DNA of 64,000 nt, taken from Negaprion brevirostris. Its lineage: Eukaryota. Positions 24,268 to 37,224 of this stretch are shown here, piece after piece (position 1 is the stretch's first letter; each line of letters begins with the position of its first letter). Under the pieces are notes generated by a model. That model saw nothing but the letters and a program-made list of their open reading frames with translations. It was not told the origin of the DNA and made no database searches. Location of the stretch: the NCBI GenBank assembly GCA_030324005.1, contig JARDVH010000132.1:80183156-80247155 (forward strand), read 5' to 3'. The position numbers and the translations under genes are program-made.

Positions 24268-27076
24268 GTCTGTAATTATTTATTTTGTTGTTTTTAGTAT
24301 AAAGCAAATACTGTAAGAAAAGCTGCTGAATAGTTTATACCTTCTGCATTGCAGACATCAGGCGACTGATCTTTCAAGTTTGTGCAGCTGACAGTTGAGA
24401 TTCCCTGCCAACAATGCACATTCGACAAATAATTAGCATATTGAAAAATATGTCAAAGTCAAAAGTAATCCATGCAATTACTGTTAAAGAATGGATTGTT
24501 TGTAAAGGGCCTGGATCAAAGCCATTAATTCATTTTTGAAACTGTCAGCCAAGAATATTGATATAATTGAAGCACTGTTTGAGTTTTTCACTGTTCGATT
24601 CACTGGTGTCAAGGAAAGGTGATGAGGGTTGAATAGGCTGCTGATCTTTGTTGAATGCTGGTCTCCCAAGGGCCGCAGTGGTATTGTAGAAAGGCATTCG
24701 CTATTGAGATACAAAAATATAATTGATTTCCAGGACTTCATAAAAATGGAAAAATGGTTTTGTAATTTTATCATGCAAACCTTTAACAGACTTGTCCCAA
24801 AATAATCTCCTTAGGTGGCAGTAATCTATTTATTTTGATATTAGTTAACAGGCTGGATTTAGTGCTGGCAGACAAAACTTTCAGTAAAAAAAAATCACCA
24901 AATCAGCTAATAGATTAATGATATGAAAATACAAATTCACTTGCCTTAAAAATACAACACCTATAGATTATAATGAAGAAAACTCTCAGCACTGGTACTC
25001 CCAAAATGTGAGCTGAATTGCTAACACTGAATTTGCCCAGTGTATCTTATTAATATAAAATGGCCAGTGCAGTAGAGTTTGCAACTCAAGGTACAGTGAA
25101 GCAAACAGTTACTGGCTAATACAGGGAATTTATTATTGTTTTATGATGAGTATTCTATGATATGTGTCATGCTAAATCCTTTCCCACAGAGAAATTATTT
25201 TCATCTAATCAAAGGATGCATGATACGAGAGCTTCATTAGAATTATAACATGATCCTGCTTAAAAGATCTGTTGTTGATTGAGGATTGTTAAATGCATTT
25301 CTTTTTCCCCTATTTTTATTGTTAATTTTCTCCTTCTATTCCTCCTTCCTTGATGGCATTGACTCCATGCTGGCGTATAGTTTCAGGGGTAGTGAGCAAC
25401 TTCTACTAAATGCCCATTACTGACCATTCTTCATGTACGAATCTGGATAGTGGGTACTGCCTAGCTTTCTGACTATGGGAGTTGTCTTATTGACCCTGTC
25501 CTTTCCAATGCTAGCAAAAAGAAACTTTCCACAAAGAGTTTCTGTGTAACAAACATGAAATTGGGCACCCCCTAATTTACACTTCTCTTGCAGAGGTGCT
25601 GACCCTGACAAAGTATAAAGGTATATATATATGATTATGTGACCCAGGAATAGAAGAAAGACAAAGGTGCTGCTGAATTTTTCACTCGGACTTTATAATT
25701 TTTTTTACCTCATTTACCACCTGGCAGTTGACCGGATTGCGAGACTGGTTAACTGTTAGACAGGAGAGCCTGCTGAAGAAGGCTGCAGCTAACAGCTGTC
25801 ACCAGCAAAGAAGACCAAGGATTGGTGGATGGTGAGATGATCGTTGAGTTGTGTCCCTGTGTAGAGAATGAATGTCGGAGAAATTGGTTACCTAATAGCG
25901 TGTATTTCAGGGTGGGAATGATCACAGTCATTAAACAGGAAGAGACCATACTTAAAATAATAGTCGTTTTAGGAGCTGGGGTGTGGGTGGCGGGGATGAA
26001 TTCCTCCTACCCATCTCGCCGCAAATCTCTCCCTCTGCTGCTGACCCTGGCCTTACTTCTTTAGCTGCAGGTTCCCCAAAATCCGATAAAACCAGCCCTC
26101 AGTTCTTAACTTTAAATGGCTCTCAAAATATGAACAACGGAACTTCATTTAAATATTAAAACTACTGATCAGTTTCTCCAGAACAGGTTGCTCAGCTGAC
26201 CCTAAATCTTCTGCAATTAAACCTGAGGTAAGTATATTCATGTTTGAGTTGGGATTCCCGATTTTGAACCCTTGAGACTCTTCTGCCCCCTTCCCACATC
26301 TTTTCCCATCCATCATGGGCTGGTGCAGATTAAATTCCTTCACTGAGGTGCCTCACTGACCCCAGGCTGAACTCAACTTACTTATGACAGAGAATCAAAC
26401 TTACAAAACATTCAACTCTTGAGTCTGGTCTGCCTTGACCAAATGTACTTTCAAAGGCAAATAACTTTCTTAATATCTTCACCTTATCTTTTCCATGGAT
26501 TGCATTATGTTCTGAGTAGTCACTACTTTGCATTACAGTGGCACAGGTTAAAAATTTATATTAGCGTACAGCTCCTATTCTACATATAGGTGTTCTCTGT
26601 AAACACTAGCTAGTTGCAGTAGCTAGTTGAATGGTGTGAGCGCCTTCAAAGCAACCACCTTTTTTCCCCCAAACGGACGCTGTTTGTGAACTTTTGTTGT
26701 GCCATGACAGTTTAATTGTCTAAAAACTGCAAAGGCAAATGGTGGCTATTGTGCTTTTAATTGTTTAGGATAGTTCCTCTGTTAAAGGTATACACGACAA
26801 CGGGTGAAATGTAATACAATAATTAGTTTTGTTATTGGAGTAACTTTGTTTTTGACATTTTTCTTTTATGATTGTAACAAACAGTAGCAATTTATTTTCC
26901 CCTGAGTTTTGATTTTTATTGTTTTATTACTGTGATCAGATTTAGAATTCCTGATGACCAGATCATGTGAAACTGTTATTCACTGAATCCACAGCCCCCC
27001 CCGCTTTGTATGCTGTGTTTGTGGTTCTGTCCTCACACCTTAGCTGTGGGGATCGAGGCCACCCATGACCTCTATG

Positions 27077-27089
27077 GTTGCCTAGCAAC
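27077..27089. promoter_or_regulatory. Candidate RFX X-box GTTGCCTAGCAAC
   Basis: Exact palindromic RFX/EF-C type site in an intron of a motile-cilia gene; function not shown. Confidence 0.35.
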
Positions 27090-27754
27090 AGTATAACACT
27101 AGGATCAATGCTAATCGCTTTAAGGCGAAACCTCTAACCTTTTCATGGGAGAAAGTCCTACCTTAGCTTCCAGCTAATCAGGTTGGGTTAGGGTTTCAGC
27201 GAGTGGGATTAGGAGGATTGGGGCTTTGGTTCTACTGATTGGGGGAGGATTAAAAGAGGCTACCAGTGATGGACCCAGTGGAGCCATAAAGGAGGTTTCT
27301 CTCCCCCTTGGCTGACACCAGCCCTTACAGCTAAAGCTGTTGGGCTTCCTGCATGGTATGGACCTTCCCTTGCTACAGGTAAAATACTAGCAGGGGTGAC
27401 TGATGCCTTTAAACTCCAGTAATTGCCTACTTAAGGGCCTTAATCGGCCTAAGGATGTCTTGGCCACCATAACCTTGGTAAAAAATTGAAGAATTGGTGC
27501 TGCACAGTTGGAGACCCCTGAGTTATGCTTTGCACAGTGCAGGATGAGCAAATTTGTTTTTAAGTGGCTTCTACAATGTAGGTTGGGAAAGGAAAATCAG
27601 TCCTTATTTGTACATCGTTACATCAGCAAAAAATGATACTGTTTCAACTAAGACTTTGTTATAAAGTTGCTGACATAATGAACTGCATTTGCTATCCTGA
27701 GGTTGTCCTTTTAGTCCCTCACCACCGCCTAATTTTGAAAACATTGTGTTTTAG

Positions 27755-27904
27755 GTGACTTGCCATCTTGCTAAACTCTTTGATAACATGGCTAACCTTA
27801 AATTTGAAGATGGAGAAAAGGAAATAAGTAAGACTGCAATGGGAATGTACAGTAGAGAGAAGGAATATGTCCCATTCCAGGCAAAGTGTAGATGCATTGG
27901 GCAG
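27755..27904 (+). CDS. DNAH11: DNAH11 exon I ([12 protein letters not shown]...KCRCIGQ)
   Basis: ttttag acceptor, CAG|gtaaga donor, 150 nt. Confidence 0.95.
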
Positions 27905-28734
27905 GTAAGACTAATTAAAAACTTGAAGTTCACAACTTCCAGGACGCCGCAAAGTTCTTTCTGATGTGAAGTGCATATTAGGGTCCCACAAACAGCAATC
28001 GATAATGACCGTTCAAGAAAATTTGCAAGAGCAATAACATTTACCTGTGTCCTTCCTTTGAGATTGGTTGCATCTGCAGTCAACATCGCCAGCAACTCAG
28101 AAAATATGACCTTGCATGATCAATTGAAAAACTCTCGTTAGGTACATGAGATATATAGAGCACAACGATTATATCCAGCTGTGGAACAGAGGGAGCAAAG
28201 TATAGAAAGACAAGCATCTTGTGACAGGAAATGATATTAAAGAAAGGTGAAGGGCGCACCTTGAAAAAAATTAATGTTAGATCAGGGAGGGGATTTGTAA
28301 GTGCAATGCCAGAACTCGGCACTTGGAAAAGTGTTTGGGAAAGGGTGTTCAATTAAAAAAAACATCAATGAGAAATACTGTCAATTATCTTATCTATACA
28401 TATAGATTTCCAAGGATACATGTTTCACAAATGATATTCTTAAGCAAAATTCATTAATCTGCTAGAATTGAGGCAAGTTATCTTGGGGAGAATGTAACTG
28501 ATGTAGGACACCAGGCTACAAATAAATTGACAAGCAAAGTGGCAGCTGATAATGATTGTCAAACACTTCATGCACACCCAAAATTGGATTTTTTTTAAGT
28601 ATTCATCTGTTTTTCTAATTACAACAATCAAAGTAGTACACTTTTTGTCCCATTTTGCCTATATAAACCCATTCACTTAAACTGGTTCATATCTTTCCAT
28701 GATCTCTCAAAATTTACTTTTGTAATCTATATTA

Positions 28735-29270
28735 GGAAGATGGTTGTGGTTGTGGAGGGTCAATCATCCCAGCTTCAGGACATCTCTGCAGGAGTCCCTT
28801 AGAATAGTGCCCTAGGCCCAACCATCTTCAGTTGCATCATCAATGACCTTCCCTCCGCCATAAGATCAGAAGTGGGGATGTTCGCTGATGATTGCACAAT
28901 GTTCAGCACCATGCCCTTGAGAAGGTGGTGGTGAGCTGCCTTCTTGAATCACTGCAGTCCATGTGCTGCGGGTTGACCCNNNNNNNNNNNNNNNNNNNNN
29001 NNNNNNNNNNNNNNNNNNNNNNNNNNNNNNNNNNNNNNNNNNNNNNNNNNNNNNNNNNNNNNNNNNNNNNNNNNNNNNNTGAGAAGGTGGTGGTGAGCTG
29101 CCTTCTTGAATCACTGCAGTCCATGTGCTGCGGGTTGACCCACAATGCTGTTAGGGAGGGAATTCCAGGATTTTGACCCAGCGACTGCGAAGGAATGACG
29201 ATATATTTCCAACTCAGGATGGTGAGTGGCTTGGAGGGGAACTTGCAGGCAGTAGTGTTCCCATCTGTCT
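28735..29270. mobile_element. Two oppositely oriented fragments of the second LINE family
   Basis: + strand RT piece (GMFADDC) 28735-28911 abuts a - strand 3' piece; gap flanks are duplicated. Confidence 0.7.
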
Positions 29271-29472
29271 TGTGGAGGGATTTTCCTTACTGATTTTAGG
29301 AGTCCATAGGACATGATTTCTGTGTTGGCCAGCAACAGTTTTTCAAAGTTGAGGTGTCCTCATGGACTTTGACACACTTCAGCAATACCACCTCTCCTAG
29401 TGGGGCTCCTTAAGCTCCAGAGCTGCTGGTCCTCATGGGTCTCCAGCTTTGGCTGGTGTGGAGGCAACTAAT

Positions 29473-30157
29473 CCAAAGTCCAAAGATGCGCAGGTTAGGT
29501 TGATTGGCCATGCTAAGAAATTGCCCCTTAGTGTCCAGGGTAACGGAGGTTAGAGGGATTAGTGGGTATAATACGTAAGGATATGGGGGTAGGGNNNNNN
29601 NNNNNNNNNNNNNNNNNNNNNNNNNNNNNNNNNNNNNNNNNNNNNNNNNNNNNNNNNNNNNNNNNNNNNNNNNNNNNNNNNNNNNNNNNNNNNNNNNNNN
29701 NNNNNNNNNNNNNNNNNNNNNNNNNNNNNNNNNNNNNNNNNNNNNNNNNNNNNNNNNNNNNNNNNNNNNNNNNNNNNNNNNNNNNNNNNNNNNNNNNNNN
29801 NNNNNNNNNNNNNNNNNNNNNNNNNNNNNNNNNNNNNNNNNNNNNNNNNNNNNNNNNNNNNNNNNNNNNNNNNNNNNNNNNNNNNNNNNNNNNNNNNNNN
29901 NNNNNNNNNNNNNNNNNNNNNNNNNNNNNNNNNNNNNNNNNNNNNNNNNNNNNNNNNNNNNNNNNNNNNNNNNNNNNNNNNNNNNNNNNNNNNNNNNNNN
30001 NNNNNGCGCGTCTTTCGGACTGTGGGAAGAAAGAGAGCACCCAGAGGAAACCCACGCAGACAAAGAGAAATCGTGCAGACTCTACACAGGCAGTGACCCA
30101 AACTGGTAATCAAATCTGGGTCCCTGTGAGGCAGCAGTATTAACCACTGTGCCACTG
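29473..30157. mobile_element. Two SINE fragments flanking a long N gap (+ at 29473-29594, - at 30006-30157)
   Basis: SINE core gtccaaagatgcgcaggttagg on the left; reverse-complement head on the right. Confidence 0.7.
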
Positions 30158-30571
30158 TTCAAGGGCTAAGTTTGAAGTCAATGGAAGTTGCTCTTGTAAA
30201 TTGCAAGTCAGGAAACTGAGTGCAGCCTCAGTGTTCTGATCAGAAGTCTTGCCTTGGTTAGGTTTCCTGCACCCAATTTCTGCAGCAGCTGAGTGTTTTC
30301 AAACCCGATGTATTCACTCACTTGGTGATCCAAAAAAAATGGTTGCTGACAAGCATACTTCATCAAAATGAACTTATGAATTAAACCTCCTGCCCAAATT
30401 TATTGGGTTTTTTACGACTGACGGTGTGACTAATGCAGCAGTGTAAGTTAATGTACAGCAAGCGTTTAGCATAAAAACCATGGTGCCACTTATTCACCAT
30501 TCTGACTAATGTTAATTTGATGCTTCCTCAGATGTTTATATAAAAGCGGTCCCTTCTCTGCTTGTTTTAAG

Positions 30572-30805
30572 GTTGAAACTTGGTTAAATCGGTTGGAGGA
30601 AACTATGAAGGAAACTGTCCGTCAACAGATCACAGAGGCTGTAGCAGCGTATGAGGAAAAGCCTAGAGACCAATGGATTTTTGACTACCCGGCTCAGGTT
30701 GCTCTGACCAGCTCACAAATATATTGGACAACAGATGTAGGAATTGCATTCGAAAGGCTTGAGGAAGGCTATGAAACAGCACTGAAAGACTATAACAAAA
30801 AACAG
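30572..30805 (+). CDS. DNAH11: DNAH11 exon J ([12 protein letters not shown]...ALKDYNKKQ)
   Basis: ttttaag acceptor, CAG|gtatac donor, 234 nt; [11 protein letters not shown] motif. Confidence 0.95.
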
Positions 30806-30839
30806 GTATACATAAATATTGTATATAACACCTTGTATT

Positions 30840-32010
30840 TATGCGGTCCCTTTATTGTAACAAAATATACCAAGGTGGTTCACAGAGGCACTATGAAGCA
30901 AAATATAACACAGAGGTGCATATGGAGATATTATGGAAAGTGACCAAAAGTTTGGTCAAAGAGGTAGATTTAAGGGGTCTCCTAACAGAGGAAAATTAAA
31001 TAAAAAGGCGGACAGTTTTAGGTAGAGAATTCCAGAGCTTTAAGCCTTGTGGAACTGAACACAGTCACTAATGCTGGGGGCCAGAATTAGAGGAGCGTAA
31101 ATATCTTGGAAGATTGTGGGGCTGCAGGAGATTGCAGTGATAATGAAGGGCTAAATCATGAAGGAGTATAAAATGCAAGGATGTGAATTCTAAATCAAGG
31201 CTTTGTTTAACTAGGAAGCAAGGTACTGAGAACAGGGGTAATAGGTGAATGGAATCTGTTGCAAGTTAGGACATTGACAGCAGAGTTTTGGGTGATTTCA
31301 AGCTTATGGAGGGTAGAATATGGGAGGCTCACCAAAGGTATGTTTGAATAATCAAGCCTGGAGGTTGAAGAGGCACGAATGAAGATTTCAGCATTAGATG
31401 AGCTGAGGCTTTGGTTGAGTTGGACAATATTATGGAGGTGGAAATAGGCAATCTTAGTGATGGTGTGGATATGTGATTGAAAACTCATCCCAGTGTCAAA
31501 CATGACACCAAGCTTGCGAAGAGTCTGGTTTAATATTATGATGGTTGTCAGCAGGGAGCGAAACATAGAGAGCTGTGGGGTGGGGGAGGGGGGAGGAGGA
31601 GCAGAGTTTGTGGGACCAAAGACAATGGGTGGGATTTTATTGTCTCACTCGTCATGAAACTATAAAATCTCGCCTGAGGTCAAAGGACCTTTCCATGGTT
31701 CCCCCTCCTTGCCTACTCTGGTTCCCGTAGCAGGCAGGTCAGTAACATTCTGACTAATGGCTTTAATCTTTTCAATATTTAATTAGAGGAAATTTCTGTT
31801 CATCTTGTACTGGATGTCAGGCAAGCAGTCTAACAATTTCAAGACATTGGAGAGTCTGAAAGAAATGTGAAGTAAAATTGGATGCTGTTAGGATACACAT
31901 AGAAACCAGTGTTGTATTTTTAAATGATGTCGCTGAGGTACAGCAATTAGATGAGAAATAGCTGGGGTGGGGTGGCAGGTGGTGGTGGTGTGGGATCAAA
32001 GATTGTTCCT
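30840..32010 (-). mobile_element. Degraded L2-clade LINE (RT C-terminal region)
   Basis: LGVMFDTGMSFQSHI...AYFHLHNI...SRLDYSN...LHKLEITQNSA is a typical L2 ORF2 C-terminus. Confidence 0.8.
31628..31755 (+). mobile_element. About 125-bp MITE-like element nested in the L2
   Basis: Homologous to 52888-53013 and 49785-49905(-). Confidence 0.5.
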
Positions 32011-32852
32011 TTCGGGACAAAATCATTATATTTCATGGTTGAAGCAGTTTGATTACAGATGTAAATTGTCCACATTTCTTTATATTCAAGTATAAATACT
32101 TGAAAGGTAGCCCTTGTAGTTGAAGTTAGGTTGCAACAATCCCATTAATAGTGAATGTACAGCAATGCACATTGGAAAATAGTAACAACAACATAGTTTT
32201 AATGTAACAATTAAAAACAATATTGTAGAGCCAAAGATCCCTGTAAAGTGAAAAGAGAATCAAAGAACAGAATTTTGTGGATAAGTAGATTAATACCAAA
32301 ATGAGACTTAAAATAGAGTCTCTGGTATTGTTGAACTTTGCAATAGTGCAGAAAATATGGCAAATGTAATCGGAAAGTGAAAAGAAATTATGTTTAAATG
32401 CCACAAATAATATGACAAGAAATTTGGAAGAAATTTTTTGCATGCTTTTACAAGCATATGGAAAAATAATAGTTCAAGAGAGATCTGGATCGCTCAGCAT
32501 GCAGGAGTGCTTCACTTTTACTTACACCTTGATCAGGCAGCTCCTTTTCCTTTACCATCGCCGTGCTTCTATCTGAACACAGATCCTTCCTTCCTTTCTG
32601 TTGTTCCCAACCCTTTAAATTTAACAGACTCGATTTCCTATCTGAATTTGCACATGGAGTATCTGTGCAAATTGGATTAGATTTGAGAATTGGGTCCTCT
32701 TTGTTCTGGAATTCTGACACATTATAAAGCATTGTATTATGAAGCATTGTACTCAGTACTCTGGTGTGGTTTCATTAAAGCCCTGCATGATTATAGCAAA
32801 CCTCAATACTCTATCCCCCAAGCAATAAAGGCCAACATTCCATCTGCCTTCC

Positions 32853-34266
32853 TGGATAGCGAATGTCGTTCTGTTATTTAAGAAGGGTAGCAAGGATAAC
32901 CCAGGTAATTATAGGCCAGTGAGCTTGACGTCCGTGATAAGGAAATTGTTGGAGAGGATCCTTAGAGATAGGATGTATGCACATTTAGAATGGAATAATC
33001 TCATTAGTGATAGACAGCATGGTTTTGTAAGAGGAAGATCGTGCCTCACAAATTTGATGGAGTCTTTTGAGGAGGCGACAAAAACAGTTGACGAGGGTAG
33101 AGCCGTGGATGTCATCTATGTGTATTTTAGTAAAGCGTTTGACTAAGTCCCTCATGGCAGGTTGGTGCAAACGTTAAATCTCATGGGGTAAAAGGAGAGG
33201 TGGCTAGATAGAGAACTGGCTTGGCCACAGAAGACAGAGGGTAGCAGTGGAAAGGTCTTTTTCTGGCTGGAGGTCTGTGACCAGTGGTATTCTGCAGGGC
33301 CCTGTACTGAGACCTCTGCTATTTGTGATATATATAAATGATTTGAAAGAAGGTGTACCTAGTGTGATCAGTAAGTTTGTGGATGACACAAAAATGGCTG
33401 GACTTGCGGATAGCGATGAGCATTGTCGGAGAATACAGCAGGATATAGATAGCCTGGAAAATTGGGCGGAGAAATGGCAGATGGAATTTAATCCAGTTAA
33501 ATGCGAAGTGATGCATTTTGGTAGAACTAATGTAAGGGGAAGTTATACAATAAATGGCAGAGCCATCAAAAGTATAGACGCACAGAGGGACCTGGGTTTG
33601 CAAATCCACAGATCAGTGAAGGTGGAAGCACAGGTGGAGAAGGTGGTGAAGAAAGCATATGGTATGCTTGCCTTTATTGGATGGGACGTAAGAGTATAAA
33701 AATTGACATCTAATGTTACAACTGTATAGAACATTGGTTAGGCCACATTTGGAGTACTGTGTCCAGTTCTGGTCACCGCACTACCAGAAAGACATGGAGG
33801 CTTTGGAGAGAGTACAGAGAAGGTCTATCAGGATGTTGCCTGGTATGGAGGGTCTTGGCTATGAGGAGAGATTGGGTAAACTGGGGTTGTTCTCCCTAGA
33901 AAGATGGAGAATGAGGGGAGACCTAACAGAGGTGTATAAAATTATGAGGGGTATGGACAGGGTGAACAGTGGGTTGCTTTTTCCCAGGTCGGAGGTGACA
34001 AACACGAGGGGTCACAGGTTCTAGGTAGATTTAACTCAGGTATCAGAGGGACGTATTTTACACAGAGGGTGGTGGGGGGCCTGGAAAGCACTGCCAAGCA
34101 GGGTGGTGGAGGCGGACACACTGGGATCGTTTAAGACTTATCTGGATAGTCACATGAGCAGACTGGGAATGGAGAGATATGAACGAATGGTCTAGTTGGA
34201 CCAATGAGCGGTGGAGGCTTGGAGGGCCGAAGGGCCTGTTTCCTGTGCTGTATTGTTCTTTGTTCC
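32853..34266 (+). mobile_element. 5'-truncated CR1 LINE (RT domain to 3' tail)
   Basis: NYRPVSLTS, QHGF, SCLTNL, FSKAFD, KFVDDTK, RPHLEYCVQFWSP; tail gggccgaagggcctgtttcctgtgctgtattgttc; stops and frameshifts present. Confidence 0.92.
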
Positions 34267-34859
34267 TTTCTGTATTTATATACTACCTTTTTATGATTAA
34301 TGTGCATAAGGAAGCCCAGGTTATTCTGTACCAGAGCATTCTATAGGGTCTATGCATTTAAACAATATTTGACATTTTTGTTGTTCCTCCCAGGGTGAAT
34401 AAACTCTTGTTTCCCTGCATTATACTCCATCCACCATTTTTCCCCCATTCACTTAATCTATGTGTATACTTTTTCAGAGTCTTTGGGGCCTGTTTAACCA
34501 TTTTGATTTCAAATGCTGGGCGGACTTGAAACTGGGAGTGTTTCAGATCCGACCTTTAGACCCATTCTCAGGCATCCCCATATGCACGCTGCATGAAAAA
34601 ATATCAGCAATTCCGAATCAAGCTGCAGAAGCCTGTAGGCTGGGTTTAACACACCCAAAATCCTGCAGCTCCAATCAATGCTTCCAACTGTGCACGTGCA
34701 GAGAAAAAAGATAGAATTTGGCTCCCCTGCCACATCANNNNNNNNNNNNNNNNNNNNNNNNNNNNNNNNNNNNNNNNNNNNNNNNNNNNNNNNNNNNNNN
34801 NNNNNNNNNNNNACCCCCTTACCCCCCACCTACCCATCACCCAGACTGATTGTGAGCTC

Positions 34860-34925
34860 CCCCTCCCCCTCCCATCTCAAGCAGAGAGCCATCCCCTCCC
34901 CTTCCCATCTCAAGCAGAGAGCCAC
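34860..34925 (+). repeat. Two-copy 33-bp tandem repeat
   Basis: ccctcccc(c/t)tcccatctcaagcagagagcca twice. Confidence 0.8.
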
Positions 34926-35905
34926 CGGATGCTAGGCACCTATCTCCTCTCTAATTGGAGCGCCTGAATCGTAAAGAGCATGTCAGTTTTGTGCTGATTC
35001 TTGATGGGTGAATGCGGTGGGGAAGTGCCAGTAAAGTTGGGCTTGCAGCTGATTAAGTCAATTTAAATGCATGCAAATGCATTTCAATGGCTGTCGTGCC
35101 TGTTCTGGGCCCAGTCCTGATCGTGGCCATTTTCAGGCCTTGGTAAAGGGGGAACCAGTGCGGAGGTGGGTGTGGATCACACTACTCGCCTCTTGCCCTA
35201 CTTTACCAAGTTTTCGCAGCCGAAAATGGGCGCAACGCAATGGTAAAATTGGATCCTTTGAGCCCTCTCACAACTTGCTTTCTGACTTATTTGGCTGCAA
35301 TACACTGACCCTTCATCCAAGTCATTGGCGTACATTCCAATAATTCAAATGTAAAATTCCTATTCTCGTGTAAAAATTCCTTTATAATCTCTCTTTCTAT
35401 CCTTGTCTACCTCTACTCCCTCTCTTGATGCTGCATTCTTCCAGTTCTGGCCTCTGCTTAGTCCCTTTACTCTGTTTGCCCCATCTTTGGTGGTCATGCC
35501 TCCAGTCGTTTAGGCCATAAGCTATTGAATTTCCTCACTAAACACCTCCACTCCCCTCTCTTCCTTAAAGACACTTCTTAAAGACCAGGTCTTTGGCCAA
35601 GTTTTTTGTTGACTGTTCCATAATATTGCCTTTTTTGTTAGATCACACCTTTGTGAAGTGCAATGAGAAGCTTCTTGTTACGGAATTATAAAAATGCAAG
35701 TTGTTGTGTTTAGACATGCTTATCGTAAGGATTTAATTCACTGCTACTTCTTTTTCAGGAATACACACTTTGAAGAAATGCTGCTTGGTCTTTTACAGGA
35801 TTTCCACTTTCTGCTTCTATTTTGTTCACCTTCATTTGTTCCCTGTTTCCCTTCTAAAGTTTGATCATGTATCTCGTAAATCACAGCTGTCTCCCAATTC
35901 CTAAT

Positions 35906-36225
35906 GGGTGGCACAGTGGTTAGCATTGCTGCCTCACAGCGCCAGGGACCTGGGTTCAATTCTGGCTTTGGGTTATTGTGTGGAGTTTGCACATTCTCCC
36001 TGTAACTGCGCGTGTTTCCTCCAGGTGCTCCAGTTTCCTCCTCCAGTCCAAAGATGTGCAGGTTAGGCTGATTGGCCATGCTAAATTGACTCTAGTGTCA
36101 GGGGATTAGCAAGGTAAATATGTTGAGTTTTGGGAAAAGGGCCCAGGTGGGATTGTGGTCGGTGCAGACTTGATGGGCTGAATGACCTCCTGCACTGTAG
36201 AGATTCTATGATTCTATTCTATAAT
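35906..36225 (+). mobile_element. HE1-like V-SINE, tail type A
   Basis: Head, core and (attct)n tail as at 21717. Confidence 0.85.
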
Positions 36226-37224
36226 CCTAAGCAACTGTCTCCACCTTTGACTTATGCCACAGGAATTACAGCAGTCAGACCTGCTGAGATTTTCAAGCAT
36301 TTTCTGTTTTTGTACCGGAAAGATAATGCCCATTGCAGGTTTTTCATCCATTTAAACGAGCGGTTCAAAAATCAGCAGCCTTATCTCTGCCCAGCTTTTT
36401 TCTACAGGTGCCCAGCTGATACTCTACATAAACATGTATGTTTAACAGGATCAACTTCACAACTCCAGATTCATCCAGCCTCTTTTGTCTTCACAATTAA
36501 TTTTACATTGTACCCCAATGTAATGATGATCTATGTCTATGTAGGAATGATGATCTATATCCTGCTGTATCCTCTGATGGTCCTAGGCTACTAAAAGAAT
36601 AGGGAGAAAATATAATATTTTAGAGNNNNNNNNNNGACACACCTTCATTTGGGATCCTTTAGTGAGTAGTGATGAAAAGCTTCATTGATTGTGAAGCTGT
36701 CAGCATATATAAGTTACATTTCTCAGTAGAGATCATTTATGTGACTTCTACGATTTCCCTTGAAAAAGCTTTTAAATAAAATGTTCTGTATCCTGTATCT
36801 AATTCTGCCTTTGTCCTTGCAGAGATTTTGCACTTTTCTGAGTGGATATGAGCTGTCAAAGGAAGTATTAAGCTTGTTGATAGTCTGCAAGAAAGTCGTA
36901 ATCGCTTCTCGGCTGCATTCACTTTTCCAAAAGATGTCAAATTGGCATGCTAATTTGCTGAATGTGCTATTCTTTTGGAATATGAAATGAAGCAGACAAT
37001 GTGCCTGAGCTCCCAGTTGATTGAGCTTCCACTCATTTGACAGTCTCGCTGCTAAATAACTGTTGCATGTGTAAACTTCGCTCTTGAAATCCATGCTCTA
37101 AAGTCAAACAGGTTTTCAATTTACCTGTTCCATTACCTCCTGTAAATTTCTGTATGAACAAAATATACCAAGATGTTTTGGCTTTCTTTGTGACCTGTAA
37201 AAAGTCTAATATAGTAACATAACT

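Noticed and set aside
29410-30155. ORFs of 175-217 aa in the ORF track
   Set aside because: Made almost entirely of X from an N gap, flanked by SINE sequence
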